Shown here: positions 10,610-19,670 of the stretch, in pieces
Layout: the number at the start of each line of letters is the position of its first letter
Numbering within the stretch: position 1 is the first letter of the stretch
From: Fibrobacteria bacterium
Lineage (GTDB): Bacteria > Fibrobacterota > Fibrobacteria > UBA11236
Assembly (NCBI GenBank): GCA_041746255.1
Contig: JBGTHM010000037.1
Location: 29,297 to 93,296, forward strand
Length of the DNA stretch: 64,000 bases
Direction: 5' to 3'
Translations under genes and position numbers: made by a program
Notes under the pieces: generated by a model
The model's input: only the letters and a program-made list of their open reading frames with translations
What the model was told of the DNA's origin: nothing
Database searches by the model: none

Positions 10610-11653
10610 TTACAAGGGTTCTTGCATACTGCTGCAATGCATGGCGCCCTGTCCGTAGACCAGGGAGCGGCTATCGAGCGGAATTACACGTCGGTTGGGA
10701 AAGTATCGCGCGAAAAGATCGAGAACCGTTTCGTCTTGAGCGTCCTGGAAAACCGGAACCAGGACCGCGCCGTTGAGGATGAGAAAATTAAGGTAAGTGG
10801 CCGGAGTGCGAATCCCCGCTTTGATTTGCTTCTCCGGCATGGGGATTTCCACCACCTCCAGGTCGAGCTGGGCCGCGTAGCGATGCAATCTCTCCGCATT
10901 GCGGCGCAGCGGCTCGTAATTCTCGTCGTCCTTGCGGGTTTCCACCGCGCAGAACAAAGTCTTTTCGTCGACGAAGCGCGCCAGATCGTCGACATGCCCG
11001 TCGGTGTCGTCGCCGTCGATGCCGGCTTCCAACCACAAGATTCGGTCAGCTCCCAGGTAGGCCGAGAGAAGCTCCTCGATTCCCTTGCGGTCAAAACCCG
11101 GATTGCGATTGGGATTGAGCAGGCATTGTTCGGTAGTCACCAGCAAACCGCGACCGTTTACGTCGATTGAGCCGCCCTCGAGCACGAAATCGACTTTCAG
11201 GCAGGGTCGATTACGGGTAGCGGCCATGAAACGGGGTACTTGGTCGTCCCGATCCCAAGGCGGATACTTGCCTCCCCAGGAGTTGAAGGTGAAATCCAGG
11301 CTGACCCATTGGTCGGGCCCCGAAGCTCGCGAGGCTTTTACCGTCAAGGCCCCGTAATCGCGAATCCAACTGTCATTGGTGGGGCATACGAGAATCTCCA
11401 ATCGATTAGGCCCGCTCTTGATACGCCCGGAAAGCTCGTCGCGTTTTTCGGGCGTGTCGCATAAAACCACCACGTTTTGTTGTTGTAAAATCAGCGCAAT
11501 CAGCGAGGCATAGGTTTCCTGTACATCCGCGCTTACCGGAGCCCAGGTTTCCTGGTTTTGTGGCCAGGTCAACCAAATAGCCTCCTGCCGCTCCCACTCG
11601 GCGGGAAGACGCATCCGGGTATATGGGGCGGGCAGTGCGAGGCGCTTGCTCAT
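10610..11653 (-). CDS. aguA: Agmatine deiminase
   Basis: PAEWE, NDSWIRDYG, FNSWGGKY, EGGSIDVNG, GDDTDGHVD, GAMHCSSMQEP. Confidence 0.95.
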   Translation of the reverse strand: MSKRLALPAPYTRMRLPAEWERQEAIWLTWPQNQETWAPVSADVQETYASLIALILQQQNVVVLCDTPEKRDELSGRIKSGPNRLEILVCPTNDSWIRDYGALTVKASRASGPDQWVSLDFTFNSWGGKYPPWDRDDQVPRFMAATRNRPCLKVDFVLEGGSIDVNGRGLLVTTEQCLLNPNRNPGFDRKGIEELLSAYLGADRILWLEAGIDGDDTDGHVDDLARFVDEKTLFCAVETRKDDENYEPLRRNAERLHRYAAQLDLEVVEIPMPEKQIKAGIRTPATYLNFLILNGAVLVPVFQDAQDETVLDLFARYFPNRRVIPLDSRSLVYGQGAMHCSSMQEPL

Positions 11654-12570
11654 ACCAGAAATCTCCGGAGTAGGCCGTCATATCCGTCGATACGGCGGTC
11701 ACGCAGAAACGGCCAGGTCCGGCGCGTGGTTTCGATGTCGTCGATAGGACAATCCACCACGAGTATGGCTTCTTCGTCGGCGCCCAATCTGCCGATGATT
11801 TCTCCTCCGGGATCGCATACCATCGAATTGCCCCAAAATTGCAAATGGCCCTCGCGGCCTACGCGGTTCACCGCCGTAACATAAACACCGTTGGCAATGG
11901 CATGGCTGCGATGCATGGTCACCCAGGCATCCAGTTGCTTATCATGAAGCGCTTGTCTTTCCTCCGGTTGCAAGGCTTGGGTTTCTTCGGCATCCCAACC
12001 GATAGCGGTGGGATAGCATAAAACCTCTGCGCCTTGCATGGCGGTCAGGCGCGCGCCTTCGGGAAACCATTGATCCCAACAGATCAGCACGCCGACGTTT
12101 CCCCGGCTGGTGGCGAAATTCTTGAAACCCAAATCTCCCGGGGTGAAATAATATTTTTCGTAAAACCCGGGGTCGTCCGGAATATGCATTTTACGGTAAA
12201 CCCCGGCGAGTTTCCCATCGGCTTCGTAAACGGCGGCGGAGTTGTGGTATAGGCCCGGCGCACGCTTTTCAAAAAAGGGAGCCACCAGCACGACTTTATG
12301 CTCCCGGGCTTTGTCTGCCAGCTTCCGCATGGGTTCCGCTTCGAGTCCGTGCGCTAAGTCGAAATGTGCGCTATGCTCCTCGATGCAGAAATAATCGTGG
12401 AGCATCAATTCGGGCAGCACAACCACTTGAGCGCCCTTTTCCGCGGCTTCGCCAATCATGGCAACAAGGCGCGTGAACTTTTCGGGGCGCAAGCAATTGC
12501 CGCTGATTTGCACCAATCCCAGGGTCATTCTCTTTCCCTTTTCCGCAACGCCACTTTTCTTCTCCGCCAT
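11650..12570 (-). CDS. aguB: N-carbamoylputrescine amidase (carbon-nitrogen hydrolase)
   Basis: LPEL, YRKMHIPDDPGFYEKYYFTPGD, ICWDQWFPEGAR, WPFLRDRR; overlaps aguA. Confidence 0.93.
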   Translation of the reverse strand: MAEKKSGVAEKGKRMTLGLVQISGNCLRPEKFTRLVAMIGEAAEKGAQVVVLPELMLHDYFCIEEHSAHFDLAHGLEAEPMRKLADKAREHKVVLVAPFFEKRAPGLYHNSAAVYEADGKLAGVYRKMHIPDDPGFYEKYYFTPGDLGFKNFATSRGNVGVLICWDQWFPEGARLTAMQGAEVLCYPTAIGWDAEETQALQPEERQALHDKQLDAWVTMHRSHAIANGVYVTAVNRVGREGHLQFWGNSMVCDPGGEIIGRLGADEEAILVVDCPIDDIETTRRTWPFLRDRRIDGYDGLLRRFLV

Positions 12571-12701
12571 GGGAAGGCCCTCTCTTTGCTACCGTTTCGC
12601 GCTACAAAGGTACACATTTTCCGGGGCTGAAAAGCCCTGCCGCCGTCCGTCCCCGGCGCGAGAAAATTGCCCGCGGGCTCCTGCGCATGTATGTTTCAAG
12701 C

Positions 12702-14201
12702 ATGAATAAATACGCGAAACTTCTCGAATATTGCCAGGAAATATACGCCTTGCGCTCGGCCGCTGCGCTGTGCGGCTGGGATCAGGAAACCATGATGCCG
12801 ACAAACGGGGCCGAAGGTCGGGCCCGCACCCAGGAGGCTCTGTCGCGGGTTTTGCATCAAAGGCTTTGCGCGCCGCAATTGGGCGATTTTCTCGACGAGC
12901 TGGAGGCGCGCGAAACCGATGCGGAGCAAAAGGCTTTATTACGCGAGTTGCGGCGCGATCGGGACAAGGCGTTGAAAATTCCGGAGCGGTTGGCGGGTGA
13001 TTTGGCGCGCACCTCCGCCATGGCCCAGCGCGCTTGGGTGGAGAGCAGGCCCAAGAACGACACGGCGGCTTTCAATCCTTGGCTGGAGAAAATCATGAGT
13101 CTCCGGCGGGAAGAGGCGGAAAGCCTGGGATATGTAGAAAGTCCCTATGATGCTTTGCTCGATACGTATGAACCCGGAGCCCGCGCCTCACGGCTGGAGA
13201 AGGTTCTCGGGGACTTGGAAGCCGAGCTCACGCCAATGGTTCGCGCTTTGAGTGAGAAATGCGAAGAGCTCGATCCCCGCCTTCCCACCGGGGCTTATGC
13301 ATTGGAGGCACAGAAGAATTTCAATCGACTTTTATTGTCCGACATGGGTTTTTCCTTGGACTCGGGCCGCCTCGACGAATCGGCGCATCCTTTTACCGAA
13401 GGGATTTTTCCTACCGACGTACGATTGACCACGCGTTATAGCGAGTCGGATGTGGCCAGTGCGCTTTTCACCACTTTGCATGAAGGCGGACACGGCCTGT
13501 ATGAGCAAGGCTTTGCCCCGGAGCATTACGGCACTCCGCTTGCCGAGGCGGTTTCACTGGGTATCCATGAATCGCAGTCGCGTCTTTGGGAAAACCAAAT
13601 CGGACGCTCCAGAAGTTTTTGGGAACATTATTTTCCCGGGTTTCAAAAAGCCTTTCCGGAACGGGTCAAAGGCTTGCCTCTAAAAGATTTCCTGCGCGCC
13701 ATTAACCGGGTCAAGCCTTCGTTGATACGGGTGGAGTCCGACGAAGTGACGTATAACCTGCATATCGCTTTGCGTTTCCGGCTGGAGAAGGCTCTCTTTG
13801 AGGGGAGTTTACGTACTTCGGATCTCGAGGGCGCATGGAACGAAGCCATGTGGAAAACCCTGGGGGTCCGGGTGGACAAGGCCGCCAACGGTTATATGCA
13901 GGATGTGCATTGGAGCGTGGGCTTGGTGGGTTATTTTCCCACCTATTCCTTAGGCAATATTTACGCGGCGCAATTCTACCGCCAAATGGAAAAGGATATC
14001 CCCGACCTTGACGGGAAGATTAGGGCGGCTGATTTCACGCCCATTTTGACCTGGCTGCGGGAAAAAATCCACCGGCATGGCCGGCGTTTCAGCGGAGAGG
14101 AACTTCTCATCCAGGTTACGGGAGAGCCGGCCGACTCCCGCTATCTCGTGGAGTATTTGCGGACGAAATATGCGCGACTGTATGATTTGACCGATCTTTA
14201 A
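12702..14201 (+). CDS. M32 carboxypeptidase (Taq type)
   Basis: [63 protein letters not shown]. Confidence 0.95.
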   Translation: MNKYAKLLEYCQEIYALRSAAALCGWDQETMMPTNGAEGRARTQEALSRVLHQRLCAPQLGDFLDELEARETDAEQKALLRELRRDRDKALKIPERLAGDLARTSAMAQRAWVESRPKNDTAAFNPWLEKIMSLRREEAESLGYVESPYDALLDTYEPGARASRLEKVLGDLEAELTPMVRALSEKCEELDPRLPTGAYALEAQKNFNRLLLSDMGFSLDSGRLDESAHPFTEGIFPTDVRLTTRYSESDVASALFTTLHEGGHGLYEQGFAPEHYGTPLAEAVSLGIHESQSRLWENQIGRSRSFWEHYFPGFQKAFPERVKGLPLKDFLRAINRVKPSLIRVESDEVTYNLHIALRFRLEKALFEGSLRTSDLEGAWNEAMWKTLGVRVDKAANGYMQDVHWSVGLVGYFPTYSLGNIYAAQFYRQMEKDIPDLDGKIRAADFTPILTWLREKIHRHGRRFSGEELLIQVTGEPADSRYLVEYLRTKYARLYDLTDL

Positions 14202-14222
14202 CGTCGGGTATTTCCTGGGCAT

Positions 14223-14253
14223 AAAAAAGGCCCCGTCATTTCTGGCGGGGCCT
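14223..14253 (-). terminator. Intrinsic terminator downstream of the sigma factor gene
   Basis: Minus strand AGGCCCCGCCA-GAAA-TGACGGGGCC-TTTTTT. Confidence 0.85.
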
Positions 14254-14297
14254 CGGTATTTTGGATCGGTATCTTAAGACACCGGTTAAGCGTGGCT

Positions 14298-15110
14298 TTA
14301 GTTGCTCAACGCCTGGAGATAGCCTTCATATTTCTCGCGAAGGACTTCCTTATTCTTGTTCTTGCGGATGCGACGCAGGGCCTGGTCGCGCAACTGACGT
14401 ACCCGCTCATGAGAGATATTCAGGGTTTCACCCACTTCGCGCAGCGTTTGCGGCGCTTCGTGATTGATGCCGAATAAGCCTTTGATGACCTGGGCTTCAC
14501 GCTCGGGCAATTCCGAGAGAAGATCCTTGGCCAAATGCTCCACGGCCTGAATTTCCGCTTCGGCTTCGGGATTTACGGCCTTCTCATCCGGCAAGACCTC
14601 TTGATAAGTGGTCTTGGTGTCGGTTTTCAAAGGAGCGTCGAAGGAAATGCCGGCTTCGCCAAGTTGAATCAACTCGCGGATGTCATCGCTGAGCTCCTTA
14701 CCCTTGGACTTTTCCTTCAGTGCCTTGCGAACGCGCAAATGCTGATTGGCGGGAAGGCGGATAAGCGAACCCTGCTCATTGATGGCACGGGTGATATAAG
14801 CCTTAATCCACCAAACGGCGTACGAAATAAACTTGAGGCCGCGGGAATGGTCGAAGCTCTCGATGGCTCGAATCAAGCCCATGGCGCCCTCGCTTACCAG
14901 GTCCGGCAGCGGAATGGGGCATCCCCGGTATTGCAGGGCGACTTTAAGTACGAAACGCATGTTGGCGCTGACCAGTTTTTCGCGGGCCGCACGATTTCCT
15001 TCACGGCAAAGCTTGAAGAGCATATGCTCGTCTTTGCGGTCGATAGGACTGGTCTTGCGGATATCTTCCAGATAGCGCTTAAGAGTCTCGTCGTTGGTGT
15101 CGAAGGTCAT
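14298..15110 (-). CDS. Sigma-70 family factor, RpoD/RpoS-like, lacking region 1.1 (270 aa)
   Basis: Region 1.2 LKRYLEDI, region 2 ANMRFVLKVA...DLVSEGAMGLIRA...KFISYAVWWIK, region 4 TLREVGETLNISHERVRQL. Confidence 0.93.
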   Translation of the reverse strand: MTFDTNDETLKRYLEDIRKTSPIDRKDEHMLFKLCREGNRAAREKLVSANMRFVLKVALQYRGCPIPLPDLVSEGAMGLIRAIESFDHSRGLKFISYAVWWIKAYITRAINEQGSLIRLPANQHLRVRKALKEKSKGKELSDDIRELIQLGEAGISFDAPLKTDTKTTYQEVLPDEKAVNPEAEAEIQAVEHLAKDLLSELPEREAQVIKGLFGINHEAPQTLREVGETLNISHERVRQLRDQALRRIRKNKNKEVLREKYEGYLQALSN

Positions 15111-15144
15111 CTATTTTCCTTTTTGCGGGTTCGATTTTATAGTA

Positions 15145-15160
15145 AGCAAGAGTCATTCCA
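15145..15160 (-). promoter_or_regulatory. Sigma-54 (-24/-12) promoter of the sigma factor gene
   Basis: TGGAATGACTCTTGCT = GG-N10-GC with TTGC; about 35 nt before the ATG; AAGGA RBS downstream. Confidence 0.65.
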
Positions 15161-15222
15161 TCAAGGGTTCCATCAATTTAAGCCGAAAAACGAAATACAC
15201 ATGAAGTTTTTTCCAATATAGT

Positions 15223-15375
15223 GTCATTCATTGTGACTGTATCGATAATAAGTCAATAAATATGACTTATAGACCCCTTAGACTCAAAGAACACCAATCT
15301 ACTTTGTTTCATTCTTGCAAAATAGCAGTAAATGTTCGGTAACAAGCCCATTTGAATGTCATAAATAATGACATT
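15223..15375. promoter_or_regulatory. Three GTCA-N7-TGAC palindromic operator/UAS sites
   Basis: GTCAttcattgTGAC 15223-15237; ATAAGTCAataaataTGACTTAT 15248-15270; AATGTCAtaaataaTGACATT 15355-15375. Confidence 0.75.
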
Positions 15376-15434
15376 TTGGGTTATTTGGGCTAATCGTCGC
15401 TCTATAATAAAAGAAAAACCATTGGGAATAAGCC

Positions 15435-15462
15435 TCAAGATTTACTCCTGGAAGGTCGATAG
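15435..15462 (+). promoter_or_regulatory. Sigma-28-like promoter of fliD
   Basis: TCAAG-N15-GTCGATAG resembles TAAA-N15-GCCGATAA; lies upstream of fliD. Confidence 0.6.
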
Positions 15463-15534
15463 AGAAGGAGGAGAGCCGGGTTTCCGGCCTCAAAATAAAA
15501 GCCGGGATTCCGGCTGATAGGCTGGACTAAGGAT

Positions 15535-17580
15535 ATGAGCAGTAATTTATCGGTAGGAGGGTTGGCATCGGGGCTGGATATCAACAGTATTATCGATGGC
15601 TTGGTCCAGATTGAGCGTCGCCGCGTCATGCGCGAAGAGGAAAAGAAAAAAGCCTATGAATTGAAGCAAAAAACCTTCAACGATTTGAAGACCCGCATAG
15701 CGGATTTCAGCGCCAAGGCCAAGGCCATGGATGACGTAAAAGCCCTGAACGTACTCAAGACTTCCTCTTCCAACGACACCATTGCCCGCATCATCGGGGA
15801 TAAAGACGCTGCTCCCGGTAATTACGACGTAAAAGTCCAGAAACTGGCCAGCTCACTCAAGGTGGCTTCGAAATCATACGCTTCCGATGTGACGGCCCTC
15901 GGTCTTTCCGGTTCTTTTCAAATTTCCGTTTCGGCGGAAGCCCTGAAAGCCGATCCTACCGTCACCTCCGTTGCGGTGGATATTGCGGCGGGGGATTCCT
16001 TGCGCGACGTGGCAGCCAAAATCAACCGGGCCAAGGGCACGGGCGCAACCGCTTCCATTGTGAACATGGGGAATAACGACTTCCGCCTTATGCTCTCCGG
16101 GACGGACGAAGGGACCAAGGGCTTCACCCTCACACCCACTTCGGGAACTACGATTGGCGCGGGTGGACTGGGAATCGTTTCTTCCGGCGAATCGGTACGG
16201 ACCAGGTTTGATTTCAAGAACGCGGAAGGGGGGCCGGCTACTGCCGCGACCACTTTCGCCAACTTGTTCTCGGGCATTGGAGTCGGATCGGCCATTACCG
16301 ACAATGACTCCATTTCCTGGACCGCCACGGACGCCAACGGCGATCCTCAGGATGGCTCCTTCACGATTTCCAACGCGGCGACCATGACCTTGCAGGATTT
16401 GCTGGCGGCCGTAAAGGCTGAATTCGACGATGGAGGGGACAAGGTGGATGTCTCCCTGAATTCCTCCGGAGAAATCGTCGTATCCGATAAAACCGGGGGC
16501 ACTAACGATATTGTTCTTTCCTTCTCCTTTACGGATGCAGACGGCTCGGGCTCCTCCCTGACCATGGGCGCCGCCGAAAACAAGACCTCCTTTTCCAATA
16601 CCGTGTCCGAAGGCCAAAAGGCTTTTTACATGATGAATGGATTGGCGGTTTCCTCCCAGGGAAACAAGGATAGCTCGCTCATACGCGGAACGACCTTCGA
16701 ACTCTTGAAAGTCGATACGTCTGAAAGCGTGAAGCTCAGCATGCAACGCGATGAGGCGGGGGTCAAGCAAAAGGTACAGGATTTCCTGGATAGCTATAAC
16801 GCCCTCATCAAGTTTTTAGACGAGCAGTCGAAAGTGACCGTGGAAGAAAAGAAGGAGGGGGGCGCTACCGAAACCGTGGTGAAAAAAGGCCCCTTCGCCG
16901 GCGACAATACCATTCTCGGGCTCAAGAACCGCCTGCGCGATATCATTACGGGTTCCGTGAAGGAGTTGACGGAAAACAACTTGAGCAAATACAACAGCAT
17001 GGCGAGCATCGGAATCACTTCCAACAAAGCGGACGGAACGCTCAGTATCAATAATGAAATGTTCGAAAAAGCCGTTGCCACCGACTTCGAAGGCTTGCGG
17101 CGCCTTTTCGTAACCGCGGGCTATTCCGATAACCCCCTGCATGAATTCGGTACGCAGTCCAAGGATACCAAGGCCGGAGTCTATGCCGTCGACGCGGGAG
17201 CCGATACCATCGGCGGGGTGGCCGTGAATCGCCTGGGAGATCTGCTCCAATCCACGGCCGGAGCCACCAAGGGCCTTATGGTAAAGGCTCCCGCCGGCAG
17301 CGGAACCGGAAACATGGTCTTCGTTCGCGGAATAGCCGGCCAACTCAGCCAGTTCTATACGCAAATCAACGACTTCGTTGACGGTACCTTGACCGCCACC
17401 AGCAAAGGTATCCAAAAGCGCATCGCCGACTCACGCGGGCAAATCGAAAAGCTGGAAGACCAGGTTTCGAGGTATAAAGACCGTCTTATCAAGCAATTCA
17501 CGAATCTGGAGCAGTCGATATCCAGGCTGCAATCGCAAAGCGCATCGTTTCAAAACCAAATGTCGGGATTAAGGAGATAA
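15535..17580 (+). CDS. fliD: Flagellar filament cap protein FliD
   Basis: GLASGLDINSIIDGLV N-terminus, VQDFLDSYNAL, MASIGIT, C-terminal QFTNLEQSISRLQSQ. Confidence 0.95.
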   Translation: MSSNLSVGGLASGLDINSIIDGLVQIERRRVMREEEKKKAYELKQKTFNDLKTRIADFSAKAKAMDDVKALNVLKTSSSNDTIARIIGDKDAAPGNYDVKVQKLASSLKVASKSYASDVTALGLSGSFQISVSAEALKADPTVTSVAVDIAAGDSLRDVAAKINRAKGTGATASIVNMGNNDFRLMLSGTDEGTKGFTLTPTSGTTIGAGGLGIVSSGESVRTRFDFKNAEGGPATAATTFANLFSGIGVGSAITDNDSISWTATDANGDPQDGSFTISNAATMTLQDLLAAVKAEFDDGGDKVDVSLNSSGEIVVSDKTGGTNDIVLSFSFTDADGSGSSLTMGAAENKTSFSNTVSEGQKAFYMMNGLAVSSQGNKDSSLIRGTTFELLKVDTSESVKLSMQRDEAGVKQKVQDFLDSYNALIKFLDEQSKVTVEEKKEGGATETVVKKGPFAGDNTILGLKNRLRDIITGSVKELTENNLSKYNSMASIGITSNKADGTLSINNEMFEKAVATDFEGLRRLFVTAGYSDNPLHEFGTQSKDTKAGVYAVDAGADTIGGVAVNRLGDLLQSTAGATKGLMVKAPAGSGTGNMVFVRGIAGQLSQFYTQINDFVDGTLTATSKGIQKRIADSRGQIEKLEDQVSRYKDRLIKQFTNLEQSISRLQSQSASFQNQMSGLRR

Positions 17581-17586
17581 AGCGGC

Positions 17587-18015
17587 ATGACCAGCACATC
17601 CTATAAGAATTACAGGAAAGCCGATATTGGCACGGCGGACAGGGGCAAGTTGGTAATAATGGTATATGACCATTGCATCAATTGGCTGAAACGGGCCGAA
17701 GGGGAAGCCGCCGCTCAAAGTCATGGCGATTCGATTCGCTCCCTGCAAAAAGTCCAGGCGGGACTGACCGAGTTGATGTGCTCCTTGGATATGGAGGTCG
17801 GGGGCGCCATGGCCCGTGATCTTTTTTCCCTTTACGATTTCTACTCGCGCCATTTGACCCAGGCGGTGACCGACAAGTCCGTACAACCCATACGCGATGT
17901 GGAGGCCATGATGGTTACGCTTCGAGGCGCCTGGTTGGGAGCCATCGAAAACGTCCGCAAAGAGGGCGGAGTCAAGTTCCCGGAAAAGCCTGTCGGATTG
18001 TCCATCGTCTCCTGA
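17587..18015 (+). CDS. fliS: Flagellar export chaperone FliS
   Basis: TADRGKLVIMVYD, ELMCSLDMEVGG, LFSLYDF, LRGAW. Confidence 0.93.
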   Translation: MTSTSYKNYRKADIGTADRGKLVIMVYDHCINWLKRAEGEAAAQSHGDSIRSLQKVQAGLTELMCSLDMEVGGAMARDLFSLYDFYSRHLTQAVTDKSVQPIRDVEAMMVTLRGAWLGAIENVRKEGGVKFPEKPVGLSIVS

Positions 18016-18028
18016 GGAAAAAGTGAAA

Positions 18029-18448
18029 ATGCAAACGCTCACGCAGCAAATCGTAAGTAACCTCGACGTTCTCTTCGGCCTGTACCAACTGGCCCTGGAT
18101 TATGCCAAGAAGATAAGCCCGGAAGAGGAAGAGGAGGCGCTCAAGTGGATTGGCTATCGGGCGAAAATCCTGGACCGTACCGAGCATGTTTCGCGCGAGG
18201 CAGCCGCCATGCTGCGGGAATTCGACGCGCTCAGGAATGTTCCAGCCGCCGAGCGGGCTTTGGTGGAGGAGAAGCGCAACCTTATCCAGGACCTCTCCTT
18301 CAAAATGAATCATGTGGACAACCTGCTGTTGCGCAACCTGCAAACCCGCTTGGCGGATGTACGCCAGGAACTTGCGGTTCAGAATCACCGCAAAGACGCC
18401 ATCAAGGCCTATATTCGCGCGCCCGGCGTCACCTTCGCCGTATCCTGA
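18029..18448 (+). CDS. Helical protein, probable FliT/FlgN-like flagellar chaperone
   Basis: Follows fliD-fliS; GAGG RBS; all-alpha character; ends ...AIKAY. Confidence 0.55.
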   Translation: MQTLTQQIVSNLDVLFGLYQLALDYAKKISPEEEEEALKWIGYRAKILDRTEHVSREAAAMLREFDALRNVPAAERALVEEKRNLIQDLSFKMNHVDNLLLRNLQTRLADVRQELAVQNHRKDAIKAYIRAPGVTFAVS

Positions 18449-19263
18449 TTTTGCGGCCCTTCGAGGGTACGGAACAGGCGGGCGAACTCCTCGACCGAGA
18501 GGTCTTCGGCCCGCACTTCCTCGGAAATGCCTTGCGATTTCAATCCTTCTATCACCTGGGGCTTGGGATAGAAGGGTAGCAGGGAGTTCACCAGTTTTTT
18601 CCGTTTTTGGGTGAAGCAACGTTCCACAAAAGGCAGGAATTCCGGTTCCAGGGCAAAGGGTGTTTCGCGCGGAAGGAGTTCCACGGTGGCCGAAATCACG
18701 TTGGGACGGGGGCGAAAGGCCTCGGGCGATATTTTCCGGAGTAACCGGGGTATGGCCAGGTTCTGAACGAACACGGAGAGAAAGCCAAAGGCCCGGTTAT
18801 GGGGTTCGGAACAAATCCGCTGGGCCACTTCCAGTTGGACCATGATATATATGCCCTTGGTTTGCCGGATATGCGGAAGCACCTTGAAAAGGATGGGCGC
18901 GGCCCGGTTGTAAGGCAGGTTTCCCATCACCAGGGGTTTTACATCCCCCGCCAGCAATGTATCCCAGTCAACCCGGCTGGCATCGGCCTGCAATACCTCC
19001 AAGTCCGCCAAGTCCGCCTTGCCGCGTAAATGCTCCACCCATTTATCGTCGATTTCTATCGCGGTCATCTTTCCGCATCGCCGGATGATACGCCGGGTCA
19101 AAGCACCCTGGCCGGGACCGATTTCGATAAGGGGGTCGGAAGGCGTACAAGGGATATCCTCGACGATTTGGCGGATGGTGCCCTCGTCTACCAGAAAATT
19201 CTGGCCGAAACGCCTGCGTTGCGCGCGATTATCTTCTCTGGGAGTTCCCGTATGGCGTTTCAT
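18409..19263 (-). CDS. rsmA: 16S rRNA dimethyladenosine transferase
   Basis: FGQNFL, IEIGPGQGALT, AIEID, GNLPYN, MVQLEVA, FRPRPNV; start uncertain. Confidence 0.95.
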   Translation of the reverse strand: MKRHTGTPREDNRAQRRRFGQNFLVDEGTIRQIVEDIPCTPSDPLIEIGPGQGALTRRIIRRCGKMTAIEIDDKWVEHLRGKADLADLEVLQADASRVDWDTLLAGDVKPLVMGNLPYNRAAPILFKVLPHIRQTKGIYIMVQLEVAQRICSEPHNRAFGFLSVFVQNLAIPRLLRKISPEAFRPRPNVISATVELLPRETPFALEPEFLPFVERCFTQKRKKLVNSLLPFYPKPQVIEGLKSQGISEEVRAEDLSVEEFARLFRTLEGPQNQDTAKVTPGARI

Positions 19264-19670
19264 ACCCTTCCTTTTCCTCCCCGGTCTCCGCAGGCCGTGA
19301 GCGGGATGATTCACTCCGGTAGGGGACATCAGGCCCGCGCAACGATAGCAAATTAATCCCACTTTTTTTGCTTGAAGGCCGGCTTGAGCGCCATCCCATG
19401 GTTATTAACTTAGTGTCGGGAAAAATCGAGGGGAGCAATCTTTTAAAAACGGGGGTTTCTCCCTGGGGACTTCCTCCGGCTTTTTCGTATAATATTTTCC
19501 CATAACCCTTTCCGGCATTTCCCTATGCATGCAACACCGACCCGGAGCGGCATTCAAGGAGGTGTTGGGAATGCGAAAATGCGCAAACAAAGCAGACAGA
19601 ACGTGATGGTATCGTATTCTTCGCTGAGCTGCCGCAAGACACCCCGGTCTTGTCGGGATTGATAGGGAAC

